Below are positions 20,280-31,033 of a DNA stretch of 64,000 nt, piece after piece (position 1 is the first letter of the stretch; the number at the start of each line of letters is the position of its first letter). Source of the stretch: Candidatus Cloacimonadales bacterium. GTDB taxonomy: Bacteria; Cloacimonadota; Cloacimonadia; Cloacimonadales; DAONDQ01. The notes beneath the pieces are model-generated. The model worked only from the letters and a program-made list of their open reading frames with translations, was not told the DNA's origin and ran no database searches. The translations under genes were made by a program, and so were the position numbers. The DNA is taken from positions 3,136,001-3,200,000 of the forward strand of contig OY759316.1 in assembly GCA_963662275.1 (NCBI GenBank), written 5' to 3'.

Positions 20280-21164
20280 ATGAAATTTTCTACATTCATC
20301 ATTATGATTTTATCACTCATTTTACTTTCTGCCTGTGTTTCTGCAGGCAAATTCAGGATGGTAGACCAGGAAAGACAGGATTTAATGCAACAAAGAGCAG
20401 TTCTATCTTCCCGTGTGGATAGCCTTGTGAGTGAAGTCAGGCTTCTATCTATTGCACTTGATGAACAAAAAGCCCTTTTAAAAAAGGAAATTGGAAAGAA
20501 GAATGCGGATATCCTTCAGCAACAGGCTGAATACGACCAGCTTTCCATGCAACTTGCAGCCAAAACTGCCTTACTGAATCAAAAAAATGACTCTTTGAAA
20601 GTTCAGACGGCTGATTATGACAGAAGATTGGCTGAACTGCTTGCAAAACAAACCCAATATGAGAACCTGGTGCGTGATAAGGAAAAGGAAAATCAAAATT
20701 ACCAAGCTCTCATGAATAGTTTGAAATCTGAGCTTGATAAAAAATCTGTTACCATTCAGAACCTGGAAGGAAAACTGACTCTTACCTTCGTCAATGAAGT
20801 GCTTTTTACTTCCGGCAGCGCTTCCATATCCCCTCAAGGAAAATCCATACTTGATGATTTTGCCAAGGGAATGAAGGATAATACCGGTTTCCGAATTGAT
20901 GTGATCGGACATACAGATAATATCGACATTACCGGAAACTTGGCAAAGACATATCCCACTAATTGGGAACTATCCACTGCACGTGCTGTATCAGTGGTTC
21001 GTTATATGACAGAAACTTCAGGTATGAGCCCTGCAAACTTGTATCCAGAAGGTCATAGTTATTATTCACCTGTTGCACCGAATGACAGTTCAGAAAACAG
21101 GGCAAAGAACAGGCGAGTGGAAATTGTTATTGCTCCATTAGCACAGATTGCAATCCAAAAGTAA
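20280..21164 (+). CDS. OmpA/MotB-family lipoprotein with coiled coil
   Basis: Lipobox LSAC; GHTDN, NWELSTARA and NRRVEI peptidoglycan-binding motifs. Confidence 0.88.
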   Translation: MKFSTFIIMILSLILLSACVSAGKFRMVDQERQDLMQQRAVLSSRVDSLVSEVRLLSIALDEQKALLKKEIGKKNADILQQQAEYDQLSMQLAAKTALLNQKNDSLKVQTADYDRRLAELLAKQTQYENLVRDKEKENQNYQALMNSLKSELDKKSVTIQNLEGKLTLTFVNEVLFTSGSASISPQGKSILDDFAKGMKDNTGFRIDVIGHTDNIDITGNLAKTYPTNWELSTARAVSVVRYMTETSGMSPANLYPEGHSYYSPVAPNDSSENRAKNRRVEIVIAPLAQIAIQK

Positions 21165-22218
21165 ACCCAGCTTGTCTGATATCTCTATTAAGCTGATTGA
21201 ATGGTTTAATCATCACCAGCGTATCTTACCGTGGAGAGATAATGCGGAACCGTATCCTGTGTGGATATCCGAGATTATGCTCCAACAGACAAGGGTGCAA
21301 GCTGTCATTCCTTATTATGACAGATTCCTGGCTCGGTACCCTAATATTCAAACCTTAGCCGCTACCAAGCTTGAGGATGTTCTTCATGCTTGGCAGGGCT
21401 TGGGTTTTTATGCCAGGGCACGACATCTTCATCAAACTGCACAATTGATTCGAGATCAATATTCAGGTCAATTTCCCAGTACATATAAGGAAATAATTCA
21501 ACTTCCCGGTATTGGAAAATATACGGCAGCAGCCATTCTTTCCATCGCTTTTGGACAGCCTTATCCTGTCATGGATGGTAATGTCATGCGTGTAATGGCA
21601 AGATTGTATGGCATTTCCACAGATATTCGTCTTCCCAAGACAGAGAAACAAATCGAAATCAAGCTTCATCAAATATTCTCTTCAAAACAAGCTTCTGCCT
21701 TTAACCAGGGTATGATGGAATTGGGTGCCCTTATATGCCTACCTAAACAACCCAAGTGCGATGAATGTCCATTGAATGCAGAATGCCAGGCGTTTCAATC
21801 CGGGAAGCAGCTTGAACTACCAAACAGATCTAAAAATCCTCAACCGATTATTGTTAATCGAATCATCATACTTATCAGACGAGAGGATGAAGTTCTTATT
21901 CATTTGCGTAAAGACAAAGGCTTACTTGCTTCCATGTGGGAATTTCCAGGAGTAGAAGCATCTTTGAAGACTGTTGCAGATAAATTTGAAGAAGTCTATG
22001 GTTTTAAAGTGAGAAGTGGAAAGAAATTATTTGATTCCGAACATGTATTCACGCATCGTCATTGGAAAATGAGAGTATATCAAGGGAATATAGACCAAGG
22101 AATCAAACTGAATGAAAGTGAATTTAGATGGGTAACTATTCAGAATCTGGAGAAGTATCCGATACCGAACGCATTTAAGGTTATTGTGGATTATTGCAGG
22201 AAAGAGATTATCCCCTAA
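21148..22218 (+). CDS. mutY: A/G-specific adenine glycosylase
   Basis: WISEIMLQQT, LPGIGKYTA, DGNVMRV, Fe-S motif C-X6-C-X2-C-X5-C, NUDIX-like tail. Confidence 0.96.
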   Translation: MQSKSKPSLSDISIKLIEWFNHHQRILPWRDNAEPYPVWISEIMLQQTRVQAVIPYYDRFLARYPNIQTLAATKLEDVLHAWQGLGFYARARHLHQTAQLIRDQYSGQFPSTYKEIIQLPGIGKYTAAAILSIAFGQPYPVMDGNVMRVMARLYGISTDIRLPKTEKQIEIKLHQIFSSKQASAFNQGMMELGALICLPKQPKCDECPLNAECQAFQSGKQLELPNRSKNPQPIIVNRIIILIRREDEVLIHLRKDKGLLASMWEFPGVEASLKTVADKFEEVYGFKVRSGKKLFDSEHVFTHRHWKMRVYQGNIDQGIKLNESEFRWVTIQNLEKYPIPNAFKVIVDYCRKEIIP

Positions 22219-22256
22219 AAGTGGGCGGTACTATTACCCCATTAAGTGTCTTTACA

Positions 22257-23252
22257 TCAATGATACAGTAGTATCCTGATTCCTTCTCTACCATCTGCAA
22301 CATAGATGTATTCATCACTGAACGCTACATCCAAAATACGATCAGTTGCTTTAATATAATATGTTTCATTGGGTCTTGAAGGACGAGACAAATCTAATAC
22401 TCTCAATCCACCTTTACCAAGACAGACAAATGCATCCCTATCCTTAATGCGAATATTCTGGACAGCAAAAGCAAATGGAACCTGGGTAACAATAAAAGGT
22501 TTGTCTGGATCTTTAATGCTCATTACGATTACTGAATTTTTGGTACCAATCAAGGCAAATGTGTCTTTCACAGCAATACAACGGGAATCGATAAGCTGGT
22601 AATTTGCACCTTTGGCAACGGGATACTCTAATCTCGAAACATCAATAACAGCTAAACCAAATTTATTCAAAGCATAGACCATAGGCCAGTTTACATCAAT
22701 ACTCTTCAAGCCCTGGTAATCATGAAAGTAACTAACAACATGTCCCCCGTTGCCATTTCCTAAATCAACTATTTCCAGCCCGGTATCCGCATTTGCAATA
22801 AAAAGATTTGCTCCCTGTCTGACAGAATTCGATCCTGCATATGTTTTAACATTAATGATACGACCTAAAGTATTCAAATCTTTGTTTTCCTTTAAAGAGA
22901 ATTCCATCGGACCAACAACAATAAGGTTATAAGGAGGTACAGGCTGTATCGAGAAGAGGTCTTCGTTGGTTGTAAATGTAGTAATCAGCCGGGGATGAGA
23001 GATATTATTCGCAGCATAAACGGAAAGAAGAGAATCCCCATACACATAAAGAGTATAATCATTAATTGCCAGCTTTGCTGCATAGCGCATTTGAATATTA
23101 TCGACCTGGGTTAGGAATTTGTAATTTTCAAAAGCCTTAAGCTTTGTAATTCCTAAAACCATGATAAGGAAGCAGACCAGGAAAATGAGAATACTAGATG
23201 ATTTCATAAGTACCACTATTGTTTTTTTATCATAATTTAGAAGTTTTCGCAT
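22257..23252 (-). CDS. LVIVD-repeat beta-propeller protein
   Basis: Repeated GL(E/A/R)(I/V)(V/I/L)D(L/V)(S/G) units and YVADGREG; N-terminal hydrophobic segment. Confidence 0.8.
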   Translation of the reverse strand: MRKLLNYDKKTIVVLMKSSSILIFLVCFLIMVLGITKLKAFENYKFLTQVDNIQMRYAAKLAINDYTLYVYGDSLLSVYAANNISHPRLITTFTTNEDLFSIQPVPPYNLIVVGPMEFSLKENKDLNTLGRIINVKTYAGSNSVRQGANLFIANADTGLEIVDLGNGNGGHVVSYFHDYQGLKSIDVNWPMVYALNKFGLAVIDVSRLEYPVAKGANYQLIDSRCIAVKDTFALIGTKNSVIVMSIKDPDKPFIVTQVPFAFAVQNIRIKDRDAFVCLGKGGLRVLDLSRPSRPNETYYIKATDRILDVAFSDEYIYVADGREGIRILLYH

Positions 23253-24240
23253 CCACTTGGTCGATTAGACGTTGAATCACATCTCTTGATTTCAAACCTT
23301 CTGCTTCCGCTGCGAAAGAGATAATAACTCGGTGTTGTAATACAATTCGAGCTACTTTCTTCACATCATCAATCGAGGGAGTTAAACGATTTTGAAGTGC
23401 TGCCCGTGCTTTAGCTCCAAGTACAAGATATTGTGATGCACGAGGTCCAGCTCCCCAGTTCACCCACTGTTTAATAAATTCTGGAGCTTCCTTGTCATCC
23501 GGTCGAGTTGACCTGGCTAGTCGAACTGCAAAGTCCAGGACATGATCACTGACAGGTACTTCCCGTACCGCCTTTTGCATGGCAACAATATCTTCAGCAT
23601 GAAGAACCGCTTGAACCTTCTGATCCATGGTCATTGTCGTACGTTTGACAATTTCTCGTTCTTCCTCGAGGCTAGGATAATGAATATTGATATTGAACAT
23701 AAAACGGTCAAGTTGCGCTTCAGGTAATGGATATGTACCTTCCTGCTCGATTGGATTTTGAGTCGCCAATACCAGGAAAGGCTGTTCCAGTGTGAATGTT
23801 TCGTTTCCAGCAGTGACCTGGTATTCCTGCATTGCCTGCAGCAATGCAGATTGTGTCTTGGGTGGTGTACGATTGATTTCATCTGCTAAGATCACATTGG
23901 CAAAGATTGGACCTTTGATATAGTGAAAATAGCGATTTCCATCAGCTTTATTTTCAGCCAGAATATCCGTTCCTGTGATATCGGACGGCATCAAATCAGG
24001 TGTAAACTGAATACGGCTAAACTTCAGATCCAGTGACTTTGCTAAAGTGGATATCAACAGGGTTTTAGCTAAACCGGGAACGCCTTCCAGCAGAATGTGT
24101 CCGTTGGAAAAAAGAGCCACGAGAATATTTTCAATTACTTCATCCTGTCCGATGATAACTTTCTTTATTTCCTTCAGTATTGTCTCTCTCACAATACCCA
24201 TACGTTCTAAAACTGCTAGCTGTTCATTGGGATTCGTCAT
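23230..24240 (-). CDS. moxR: MoxR-family AAA+ ATPase
   Basis: GVPGLAKT, RIQFTPDLMPSD, DEINRTPPKTQ, NPIEQEGTYPLPEAQLDRF. Confidence 0.95.
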   Translation of the reverse strand: MTNPNEQLAVLERMGIVRETILKEIKKVIIGQDEVIENILVALFSNGHILLEGVPGLAKTLLISTLAKSLDLKFSRIQFTPDLMPSDITGTDILAENKADGNRYFHYIKGPIFANVILADEINRTPPKTQSALLQAMQEYQVTAGNETFTLEQPFLVLATQNPIEQEGTYPLPEAQLDRFMFNINIHYPSLEEEREIVKRTTMTMDQKVQAVLHAEDIVAMQKAVREVPVSDHVLDFAVRLARSTRPDDKEAPEFIKQWVNWGAGPRASQYLVLGAKARAALQNRLTPSIDDVKKVARIVLQHRVIISFAAEAEGLKSRDVIQRLIDQVDAKTSKL

Positions 24241-25237
24241 TTAATTCATCTCCTCGATTCAAAAAATCTATGTTTCTAATTCCCGCATAACTGAGGGAAA
24301 AGATTCCAAACACAGTTAAAATGACTGCCGTTAGTATATGGGCAAATGCCATGATAGCGGCAACCTGTTCTTTCACCAATCCAAACCCAACTGCAAAGAT
24401 AATCACCATCATCCACTCATTACTGCCTAATTGCGCTGGTGGCTGTGGTAATACATAGGATAAGTTGATCAGTGTATAACCAAACATAATGATTAAAAAA
24501 TTGATATGCAGATTGAAGGCAAGGAATATAAAATTAAAATATACAGCATCCATGATAATGCCGATGATTGTTAAGCAAATAACGGGGAATAGCAGGTAGA
24601 GATGATCATGGAAAAGACCTGTTCCTTCGACTACCAGTTCAATCACTCGATAGACTTTTCTCTTCAATCTTTTTGGCAGCCAAAAGAAAAACTTCTTTAA
24701 AATATTGGATACATGTCCATGTGCTTTTGCAGCTAATACAATGATCGTGAAACCGATAATGAAAATTACTACCAGGATCGAAATCAGGATAATAATTACC
24801 GGCGAGAAGTCCAATTGTAGAAACGGTATTAACAGCAGAACACAGAAAATTCCTAGTGTATCAAACACTTTGTCTACAAAAATGGAAGGAAATGATTTTG
24901 TATATGGTATTTGATTGGATTGTCTCAGGAAATATGATTTGGCAACTTCACCAGCACGGATTGGAACCATATAATTGAGGAAGTTACCAGCCATCGCATA
25001 AAGGAAAGTTCGCTTGAGACTTACTTTGAAATGTGTATTTAATAGGATATTCCATCGAATTGCACGGATAAAATAAGCACTAATATATAAAACGGCAGCC
25101 CATAAAACATAGATTAGTTTCAGTGAATGTAAGTATATCAGCATCTCCTGGATATTGATGTAGGATGCCCAGATTCCAAGAAGGATAAGTCCAATCAATA
25201 TCCCGATGATAATAGTGATAAGGTTCTTTTTATTCAT
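24224..25237 (-). CDS. Lysylphosphatidylglycerol synthase TM / flippase-like membrane protein
   Basis: Multiple TM helices; RAIRW, PIRAGE, PQPPAQLG motifs. Confidence 0.8.
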   Translation of the reverse strand: MNKKNLITIIIGILIGLILLGIWASYINIQEMLIYLHSLKLIYVLWAAVLYISAYFIRAIRWNILLNTHFKVSLKRTFLYAMAGNFLNYMVPIRAGEVAKSYFLRQSNQIPYTKSFPSIFVDKVFDTLGIFCVLLLIPFLQLDFSPVIIILISILVVIFIIGFTIIVLAAKAHGHVSNILKKFFFWLPKRLKRKVYRVIELVVEGTGLFHDHLYLLFPVICLTIIGIIMDAVYFNFIFLAFNLHINFLIIMFGYTLINLSYVLPQPPAQLGSNEWMMVIIFAVGFGLVKEQVAAIMAFAHILTAVILTVFGIFSLSYAGIRNIDFLNRGDELNDESQ

Positions 25238-26072
25238 TTATCGCCTTGGGAACAAATAGGAAATAACGATGATGTGCCCAAATCTTTTTCCACATTGCAG
25301 GTGCATACTTTTCCAGAAAAGCATATGAGAGCATCTTATCTTCAAAGCTTGGGTCAATACCCTTGTAATAATTTAATATTGTCATCTCTTTCACGACAGA
25401 CTCTTTTTGGGGGAGATGGATACCAATTTTCCCAAGAAAGTCTTCTTTCAGCATTCCAATATCCGGCCAGGGGGGACAATCTATGTAATTGTGGTCTATG
25501 AGTTTCCATCCTAATTTACGCATGTTGCAGCGTATATTACCGGGAAGAATATGACTTTCGTTCAGATATTTTTTGAGTTCCTCTTTACCTTGGTATTTTT
25601 GAGAAAGATAGCCTATTCCACTACGATTGGGTACACAGATAAAAATGACTTTCCTCGTGATACGTGTCAATTCATACAGGAAATCAAATAGTGACCCAGT
25701 GAACCACAGTGCAGAGAAATTCCATGACATATCAAACTGGTTGTTTTCAAAGGGTAATTTACTGTAATTCTCCAACATCTTGATCTCTACATCCAAGGCA
25801 AGATCAGTCCATGTTTTCCGGATCAGTTCTATGCGTTCAAGGTCATGATCACAGAGAGTAACATTACACCCTTGTATTGCTAAAGCAACTGAATTGATAC
25901 CGGATAAACCTGTAAAACCAAAGGATGGAGCTTCCAAGACAGTGTTGAAACCAAATCGTTTATGCAGTTCCAATAACTTATTGTTCAGGATGATTCTTTC
26001 ATAAGAAGAACCAAGTCCTTCATGAGGATTATCATAATATTGTTTCCAATTGTGAAGGATAGGGATCGCCAT
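25230..26072 (-). CDS. Class I SAM-dependent methyltransferase-like protein
   Basis: VLEAPSFG, LPFENNQFDMSW, ELTRITRK...ICVPN. Confidence 0.65.
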   Translation of the reverse strand: MAIPILHNWKQYYDNPHEGLGSSYERIILNNKLLELHKRFGFNTVLEAPSFGFTGLSGINSVALAIQGCNVTLCDHDLERIELIRKTWTDLALDVEIKMLENYSKLPFENNQFDMSWNFSALWFTGSLFDFLYELTRITRKVIFICVPNRSGIGYLSQKYQGKEELKKYLNESHILPGNIRCNMRKLGWKLIDHNYIDCPPWPDIGMLKEDFLGKIGIHLPQKESVVKEMTILNYYKGIDPSFEDKMLSYAFLEKYAPAMWKKIWAHHRYFLFVPKAINE

Positions 26073-26073
26073 C

Positions 26074-27054
26074 TTACTTTTTTAAAAACCAGTTGATAAC
26101 AGATTCGAAGTTAGGAATTGTCAATACCGGAGTAAGATTTAGATCATGGTATATATCGGTTACATCATATATCCAGCTTTTTGAAAGTAGCTGGAACCGA
26201 CTTGTCCATAATTCATTATGCAGCTTCTGAGCAATTTTCTCACCCCAGGCAAAGTACTTTTGATCAATCGTATATCGGTTGGGATAATCTTGTTTATAAA
26301 TGTAATTGCTAACATAATTCACCAGATCATGAAGTTTGATCGGTTCCCTGTCAGCTACATTATATGCCATACCCGGGGTAAACGGATACTCAACCAATTG
26401 CAGAAAAGCTTCGGATACTAACCTGACATCTGCAAGATGAACCCAAACAAGTTTATCCGGTAATAACATCAGATGATTCTTCACCAATTTCACTAAGGTA
26501 TAAGGAAATCCATAATCTCCAGGACCATAAGTAATAGAAGGACGAACAATCACAGCATGTAAACCATTCATCACGTTCTGTTGGATAATAGATTCAGCTT
26601 GAATTTTCGTTGTATGATAATAATTATCTTGTTGTCTTTCCGTTTGATTTGTTGCAGGTAATTCTAATGGAGCTGCCCCAAAAACACCTACCGATGAACA
26701 AAAAATTAACCGTGATTTATGAGCTAAAGCAGCTTCTGCAATAACCTGGGTAGCAATCACATTCGTTCGGAAGTACTTATCCATATCTGCCTGCCTGCCA
26801 CCACGTAAAGCACCAATATGCAGGATACAGTTAAAATGATTCTCTGCCAGGAATTGTTTCAGAGCGGGTGTATCTGCAAGATCAATAGGTACAAATTGTA
26901 TTTTATCTGTGAATTTATCAATCCTGGAGCCTGCAGTATTTGGTCGTACAAGAGCTGTGATATCTTGATATTTTTCACAGAGTTTTTGTCCAACAAGACC
27001 ACCAATGAAACCACTGATCCCAGTTATGAGTATTTTCTTATCCATTCCCCTCAT
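26074..27054 (-). CDS. NAD-dependent epimerase/dehydratase (extended SDR)
   Basis: ITGISGFIG, SSVGVFG, YHTTK (YxxxK), RPSITYGPGD. Confidence 0.88.
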   Translation of the reverse strand: MRGMDKKILITGISGFIGGLVGQKLCEKYQDITALVRPNTAGSRIDKFTDKIQFVPIDLADTPALKQFLAENHFNCILHIGALRGGRQADMDKYFRTNVIATQVIAEAALAHKSRLIFCSSVGVFGAAPLELPATNQTERQQDNYYHTTKIQAESIIQQNVMNGLHAVIVRPSITYGPGDYGFPYTLVKLVKNHLMLLPDKLVWVHLADVRLVSEAFLQLVEYPFTPGMAYNVADREPIKLHDLVNYVSNYIYKQDYPNRYTIDQKYFAWGEKIAQKLHNELWTSRFQLLSKSWIYDVTDIYHDLNLTPVLTIPNFESVINWFLKK

Positions 27055-27857
27055 CCGAATATACGACGCCAGAATGACTTCTTTCTCTTTTCATGTTTGA
27101 TATCTACGTATCGATATGGAATATCTTCACCATTGATCATTCTTTGAGGATACACGCTTGTCAACAGGTTAGCAGTATATTCATCAATACTTTCAATAAT
27201 CCTTTCCCGTGCTATATGAAGATTATAGAATGGATTCCGGCAATGATCATCAGAGGCTATGAAATGCACCCATCCATTTTCCAATAAACCCCAGGCAGTT
27301 TCTCTTACTTTCCTGCCATAGCCACCCAACAAACTGGCGGCATTTACTTGGATATATACATCGCGATTGATCAGATCATCCGCTTCAGATAAGTGATTTA
27401 GGATATTTACATATCTTTCGCCGTGTGCTAAGATTGGTTTATAACCCTTACGTACAATTTGGAACAGATTCTCTTTCAAATCCGCCGGGAAGGCATTTAA
27501 ATCAGTCTCAACCAAGACATACCGGCCTTTGTTTAAAGTCAGATTATATTCCTCAATATCATTAGCTACGTCAGGTGCTAAATAGACTTCATAACCAGTA
27601 TAAAGGTCAATATCATTCTTATCTTCCCTTGCAGCATCCAGGAGTGTCTTGAATTTTGGGGCTAAAATCTCTGCGGTATTATCAAAAGAACCTCGCATAT
27701 AATGGGAAGTTAACACAACTCCCTTCACACCCACTTCCTTCATCGATCTTAAACGTGTTACTGAAAGTTCCAAATCGGTTGAACCATCATCAACACCAAC
27801 CAGCAGATGTGTATGAATATCTATCATATTTTCTCCTAAATCCATGCACCAATACAT
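27051..27857 (-). CDS. CpsB/CapC-family PHP tyrosine phosphatase (start probably MIDIHTH)
   Basis: DIHTHLL.GVDDG, TSH, AHGERY, ASDDH. Confidence 0.9.
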   Translation of the reverse strand: MYWCMDLGENMIDIHTHLLVGVDDGSTDLELSVTRLRSMKEVGVKGVVLTSHYMRGSFDNTAEILAPKFKTLLDAAREDKNDIDLYTGYEVYLAPDVANDIEEYNLTLNKGRYVLVETDLNAFPADLKENLFQIVRKGYKPILAHGERYVNILNHLSEADDLINRDVYIQVNAASLLGGYGRKVRETAWGLLENGWVHFIASDDHCRNPFYNLHIARERIIESIDEYTANLLTSVYPQRMINGEDIPYRYVDIKHEKRKKSFWRRIFG

Positions 27858-27938
27858 GTATCAGTGTATGATAATCATAATGAATATCGATCTTATCTTA
27901 GATCAAAACACAGTTGAATGGTTTAATACGAATTGGTA

Positions 27939-28823
27939 TTATGGAAGCCGATCCTTAACCATTGTAATAAATTCAATCATGATCTCATTATTCTTCATAT
28001 TCTTAATCATTCTATAGGAATCATCCAGTAACTTTTCCGCTGTCTTTTTTGCTTTATCCAATCCTAACAATCCAGGATATGTCATTTTATTATTTCGATA
28101 ATCTTCGGGTTCCTTACCCAGCAATTCAAATGCTCCCACTTCATCCAGGATATCATCTATGATCTGATATGCTAAACCAATATTCAAAGCGTAATTGCCT
28201 AAAGTGATAGCCAGGTTTTCATCTGCGCCATATAAAATACAACCCATGTCTGTCGCTGCTTGTAATAATGATCCTGTCTTTTTCAAGTGAATATATCGCA
28301 ACACATTGATTCGAATTGTCTTCTTTGTTGATATCAAGTCAACTGTCTGACCTCCAATCATACCACGTGTAGAAACAGCTCTTGCTAAGGTCTTGATACA
28401 GGCTATTGATTTATCCGCTTCAGGAATATCTGCCAATACTTCAAAGGCTTTTGTGAGTAGAGAATCACCAACCAATATCGCAGTTGCACTATCATATTTC
28501 TTGTGTGTGGAAGCCTGTCCACGACGTTCATCTGAGTTATCCATACTGGGAAGATCATCATGAACAAGAGATGCATTATGGACTAGTTCGATCGCACATG
28601 CTGCAGGAATTGCAGGAGTTAAATGTTGAAGATTTTTACGTCCTTTCAGCATTTCGTAGACAGCAAACAGGAGAATAGGACGCCAGCGTTTTCCTCCAGA
28701 AAAGACGGTATATCGCATTGCTTCATGCAGAATCTCCGGCATTTCATTCGCGGGAGCTAAATACTCATCTAGTTTGTCTTCCAAGATCTTCTGGCGTGTT
28801 TCAAAATATTTCTGAACTAACAA
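27939..28823 (-). CDS. ispA: Polyprenyl (farnesyl/geranylgeranyl) diphosphate synthase
   Basis: GGKRWRP, HDDLPSMD..RRG, KKTG, QIIDDILD. Confidence 0.9.
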   Translation of the reverse strand: MLVQKYFETRQKILEDKLDEYLAPANEMPEILHEAMRYTVFSGGKRWRPILLFAVYEMLKGRKNLQHLTPAIPAACAIELVHNASLVHDDLPSMDNSDERRGQASTHKKYDSATAILVGDSLLTKAFEVLADIPEADKSIACIKTLARAVSTRGMIGGQTVDLISTKKTIRINVLRYIHLKKTGSLLQAATDMGCILYGADENLAITLGNYALNIGLAYQIIDDILDEVGAFELLGKEPEDYRNNKMTYPGLLGLDKAKKTAEKLLDDSYRMIKNMKNNEIMIEFITMVKDRLP

Positions 28824-29000
28824 GCACTACCTCTCTTCTTATCCCTTAAGTTACCTATCACATAGTAAAAAATTTAAATTTTCTTCTTTATACTACGATT
28901 GGGCATTTATCTATATTTTTAAACATTGTCAAGATTTAATATGAAACAATTTTAGATTGTACTAAATTCAGTGTCAGGTTTCAGGTGGCAGGTGCCAAGT

Positions 29001-29049
29001 GGAACGCTGATTTCTTATCCGCTTGCGAGGCGAATTCCTTTCGCCTCTC
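29001..29049 (+). repeat. GGAACGC-type palindromic repeat (inverted copy at 42386..42434; fragments near 33110 and 34527)
   Basis: GGAACGCTGATTTCTTATC...GAGGCGAATTCCTTTCGCCTC. Confidence 0.7.
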
Positions 29050-29122
29050 CAAGTTCTCTGAGCGATTTTGCTTGCAAATTATTTTCAGATGATGATTATG
29101 GCAATATCATGATAAATCAAGG

Positions 29123-30052
29123 ATGAACATGCTGAAATTCTACCTAATGCTCCAAGTTCGTAGAATTCAAAGGAAGATCTTAGATCTCGACCTGGGAGTC
29201 CACCCTATCGTCGGATACTTTCTCATTGTGACAGCTTTTCTAGGATTATCCATAGCATTGTTTTTCAAGATTAAATACATCCTTTATCTTTACCTGTTAA
29301 TTGCTATGAAAATCGTCAGCATCTGGAGTAATCCCGATCACAGGGATTTCCTGAAGCTCACTTATTCAAAAGCAGATTATTATAAGATAAGGTTAACAGA
29401 AAACCTGGTTTCTGTCCTGCCATTTGTGCTTTGCCTCGCATGCAGCGGTTATTGGCTTGATGCATTGATCCTGCTGATGCTGTCCGTTCTGATGATATTC
29501 TACAGCTTCAAAGTAAAATGGAAGATTGTGATCCCTACCCCTTTTTATAAATATCCTTATGAGTTTATAATAGGATTCAGACTTTCATTCTGTATGGTCT
29601 TCCTGGCATATTTTCTTACCTATATAGCCATGAGATTTAACTACAAAATCGGTTACTTTGCCATCATTACAGTATCCATTCTCTGTATAATGTTCTATAT
29701 GAAAGTGGAAGATCCCTTCTATGTGTGGATTTTCTCTTCCAAAGCCAGGCAATTCCTATTCGAGAAGATCAGGATAGCTGTCTTATTCCTTTTTATTTTG
29801 TGCCTGCCCATACTGGTTGCCTTGTCTATCAGTAATCCTGATAAAATACCCGTTATCCTTGCATTTCAACTGTTGGGAACCTGTTACCTCACAGCCGGTG
29901 TTTTGTGTAAATACACATCTTTCCCGGATATTATTCATTTGCGGGAAACCCTGTTTCTCTTATATTCCGTTATGTTTCCACCATTACTCTTATTCACTCT
30001 ACCATTTTTCTATATTCAGTCAGCCAGGCAGTTAGAAGGATTTTTAGAATGA
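29123..30052 (+). CDS. Putative ABC transporter permease
   Basis: About 8 TM segments; overlaps the ATPase start (ATGA). Confidence 0.75.
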   Translation: MNMLKFYLMLQVRRIQRKILDLDLGVHPIVGYFLIVTAFLGLSIALFFKIKYILYLYLLIAMKIVSIWSNPDHRDFLKLTYSKADYYKIRLTENLVSVLPFVLCLACSGYWLDALILLMLSVLMIFYSFKVKWKIVIPTPFYKYPYEFIIGFRLSFCMVFLAYFLTYIAMRFNYKIGYFAIITVSILCIMFYMKVEDPFYVWIFSSKARQFLFEKIRIAVLFLFILCLPILVALSISNPDKIPVILAFQLLGTCYLTAGVLCKYTSFPDIIHLRETLFLLYSVMFPPLLLFTLPFFYIQSARQLEGFLE

Positions 30053-30729
30053 TCATTATCAAAGATTTATGTAAAAACTATGGCGATAACAGCGTATTAA
30101 CCGATGTGAACCTCAGCTTTGAAGCTGGATTAGTGTATGGCGTTGTTGGACCCAATGGTGCAGGAAAAACGACGTTGTTCAAGTGCATCGCCGGCATTAT
30201 ACCCTATTCTGGTGAAATTACCTGCATGTTAGATAATCTGAAGAACCACATGGGCTTTTTAGCTACCGAACCGTACTTTATGTCATTTATCACAGGACGG
30301 GAATATCTGCAGTTGCTATGCAATGCCCGAAACATCCATGTGAAGAATTTCGATGACTCTAACATTTTCGATCTACCATTAGACCGCTATGCAACTAACT
30401 ATTCCACAGGGATGAAGAAAAAACTTGCCCTAATGGGGATTTTGCTGCAAAAGAACCAAATATTCATTCTCGACGAACCCTTCAATGGCGTGGATGTCCA
30501 AAGCAACCTTCTGATTACAGAAATCATTCTTACACTCAAAGCCCTGCATAAAACCTTGATAATATCTTCCCATATCCTCTCGACTCTCACCGATGTCTGC
30601 GATTTCTTCATCGTCCTGAAGGATGGAAGAATCGATTCTAATGTTGATCTGGAAGCATTCAAGGAAATTGAAAAAGAAATGCGTAAAACAGAAATTGGAA
30701 ATAAGATAGAGAAACTGGGATTGAGATAA
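30049..30729 (+). CDS. ABC transporter ATP-binding protein
   Basis: GPNGAGKT, YSTGMKKK, LDEPFNGVD, SSH. Confidence 0.95.
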   Translation: MIIIKDLCKNYGDNSVLTDVNLSFEAGLVYGVVGPNGAGKTTLFKCIAGIIPYSGEITCMLDNLKNHMGFLATEPYFMSFITGREYLQLLCNARNIHVKNFDDSNIFDLPLDRYATNYSTGMKKKLALMGILLQKNQIFILDEPFNGVDVQSNLLITEIILTLKALHKTLIISSHILSTLTDVCDFFIVLKDGRIDSNVDLEAFKEIEKEMRKTEIGNKIEKLGLR

Positions 30730-30744
30730 TCTTGAGCGCTGTTC

Positions 30745-31033
30745 GACCCCCCTACCCCCCTTCCCAAGGGGGGATAAGCTTTTTCCTCTCCCCTTAGGAA
30801 GGGGTTTATTTCTTACCACCTTGGGAAGGAGCTGATTTCCTCTCCCCTTAGGAAGGAGGTTTGTTTCCTCCCCCCTTGGGAAGGGACTGATTTTCTCCCC
30901 CCTTGGGAAGGAGGTTTGTTCGACCCCCTTCGGAAGGAGCTGATTTCCTCTCCTCTTAGGAAGGAGGTTTGTTTTCTCCCCCCTTGGGAAGGGACTGATT
31001 TTCTCCCCCCTTGGGAAGGGGGGTAGGGGGGTC
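30745..31033. repeat. C/G-run palindromic repeat cluster (CCCCCTTGGGAAGGGGGGTAGGGGGGT family)
   Basis: Inverted terminal units and many internal CCCCTT(A/G)GGAAGG units; same family at 33120..33209 and 34590..34624. Confidence 0.85.
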
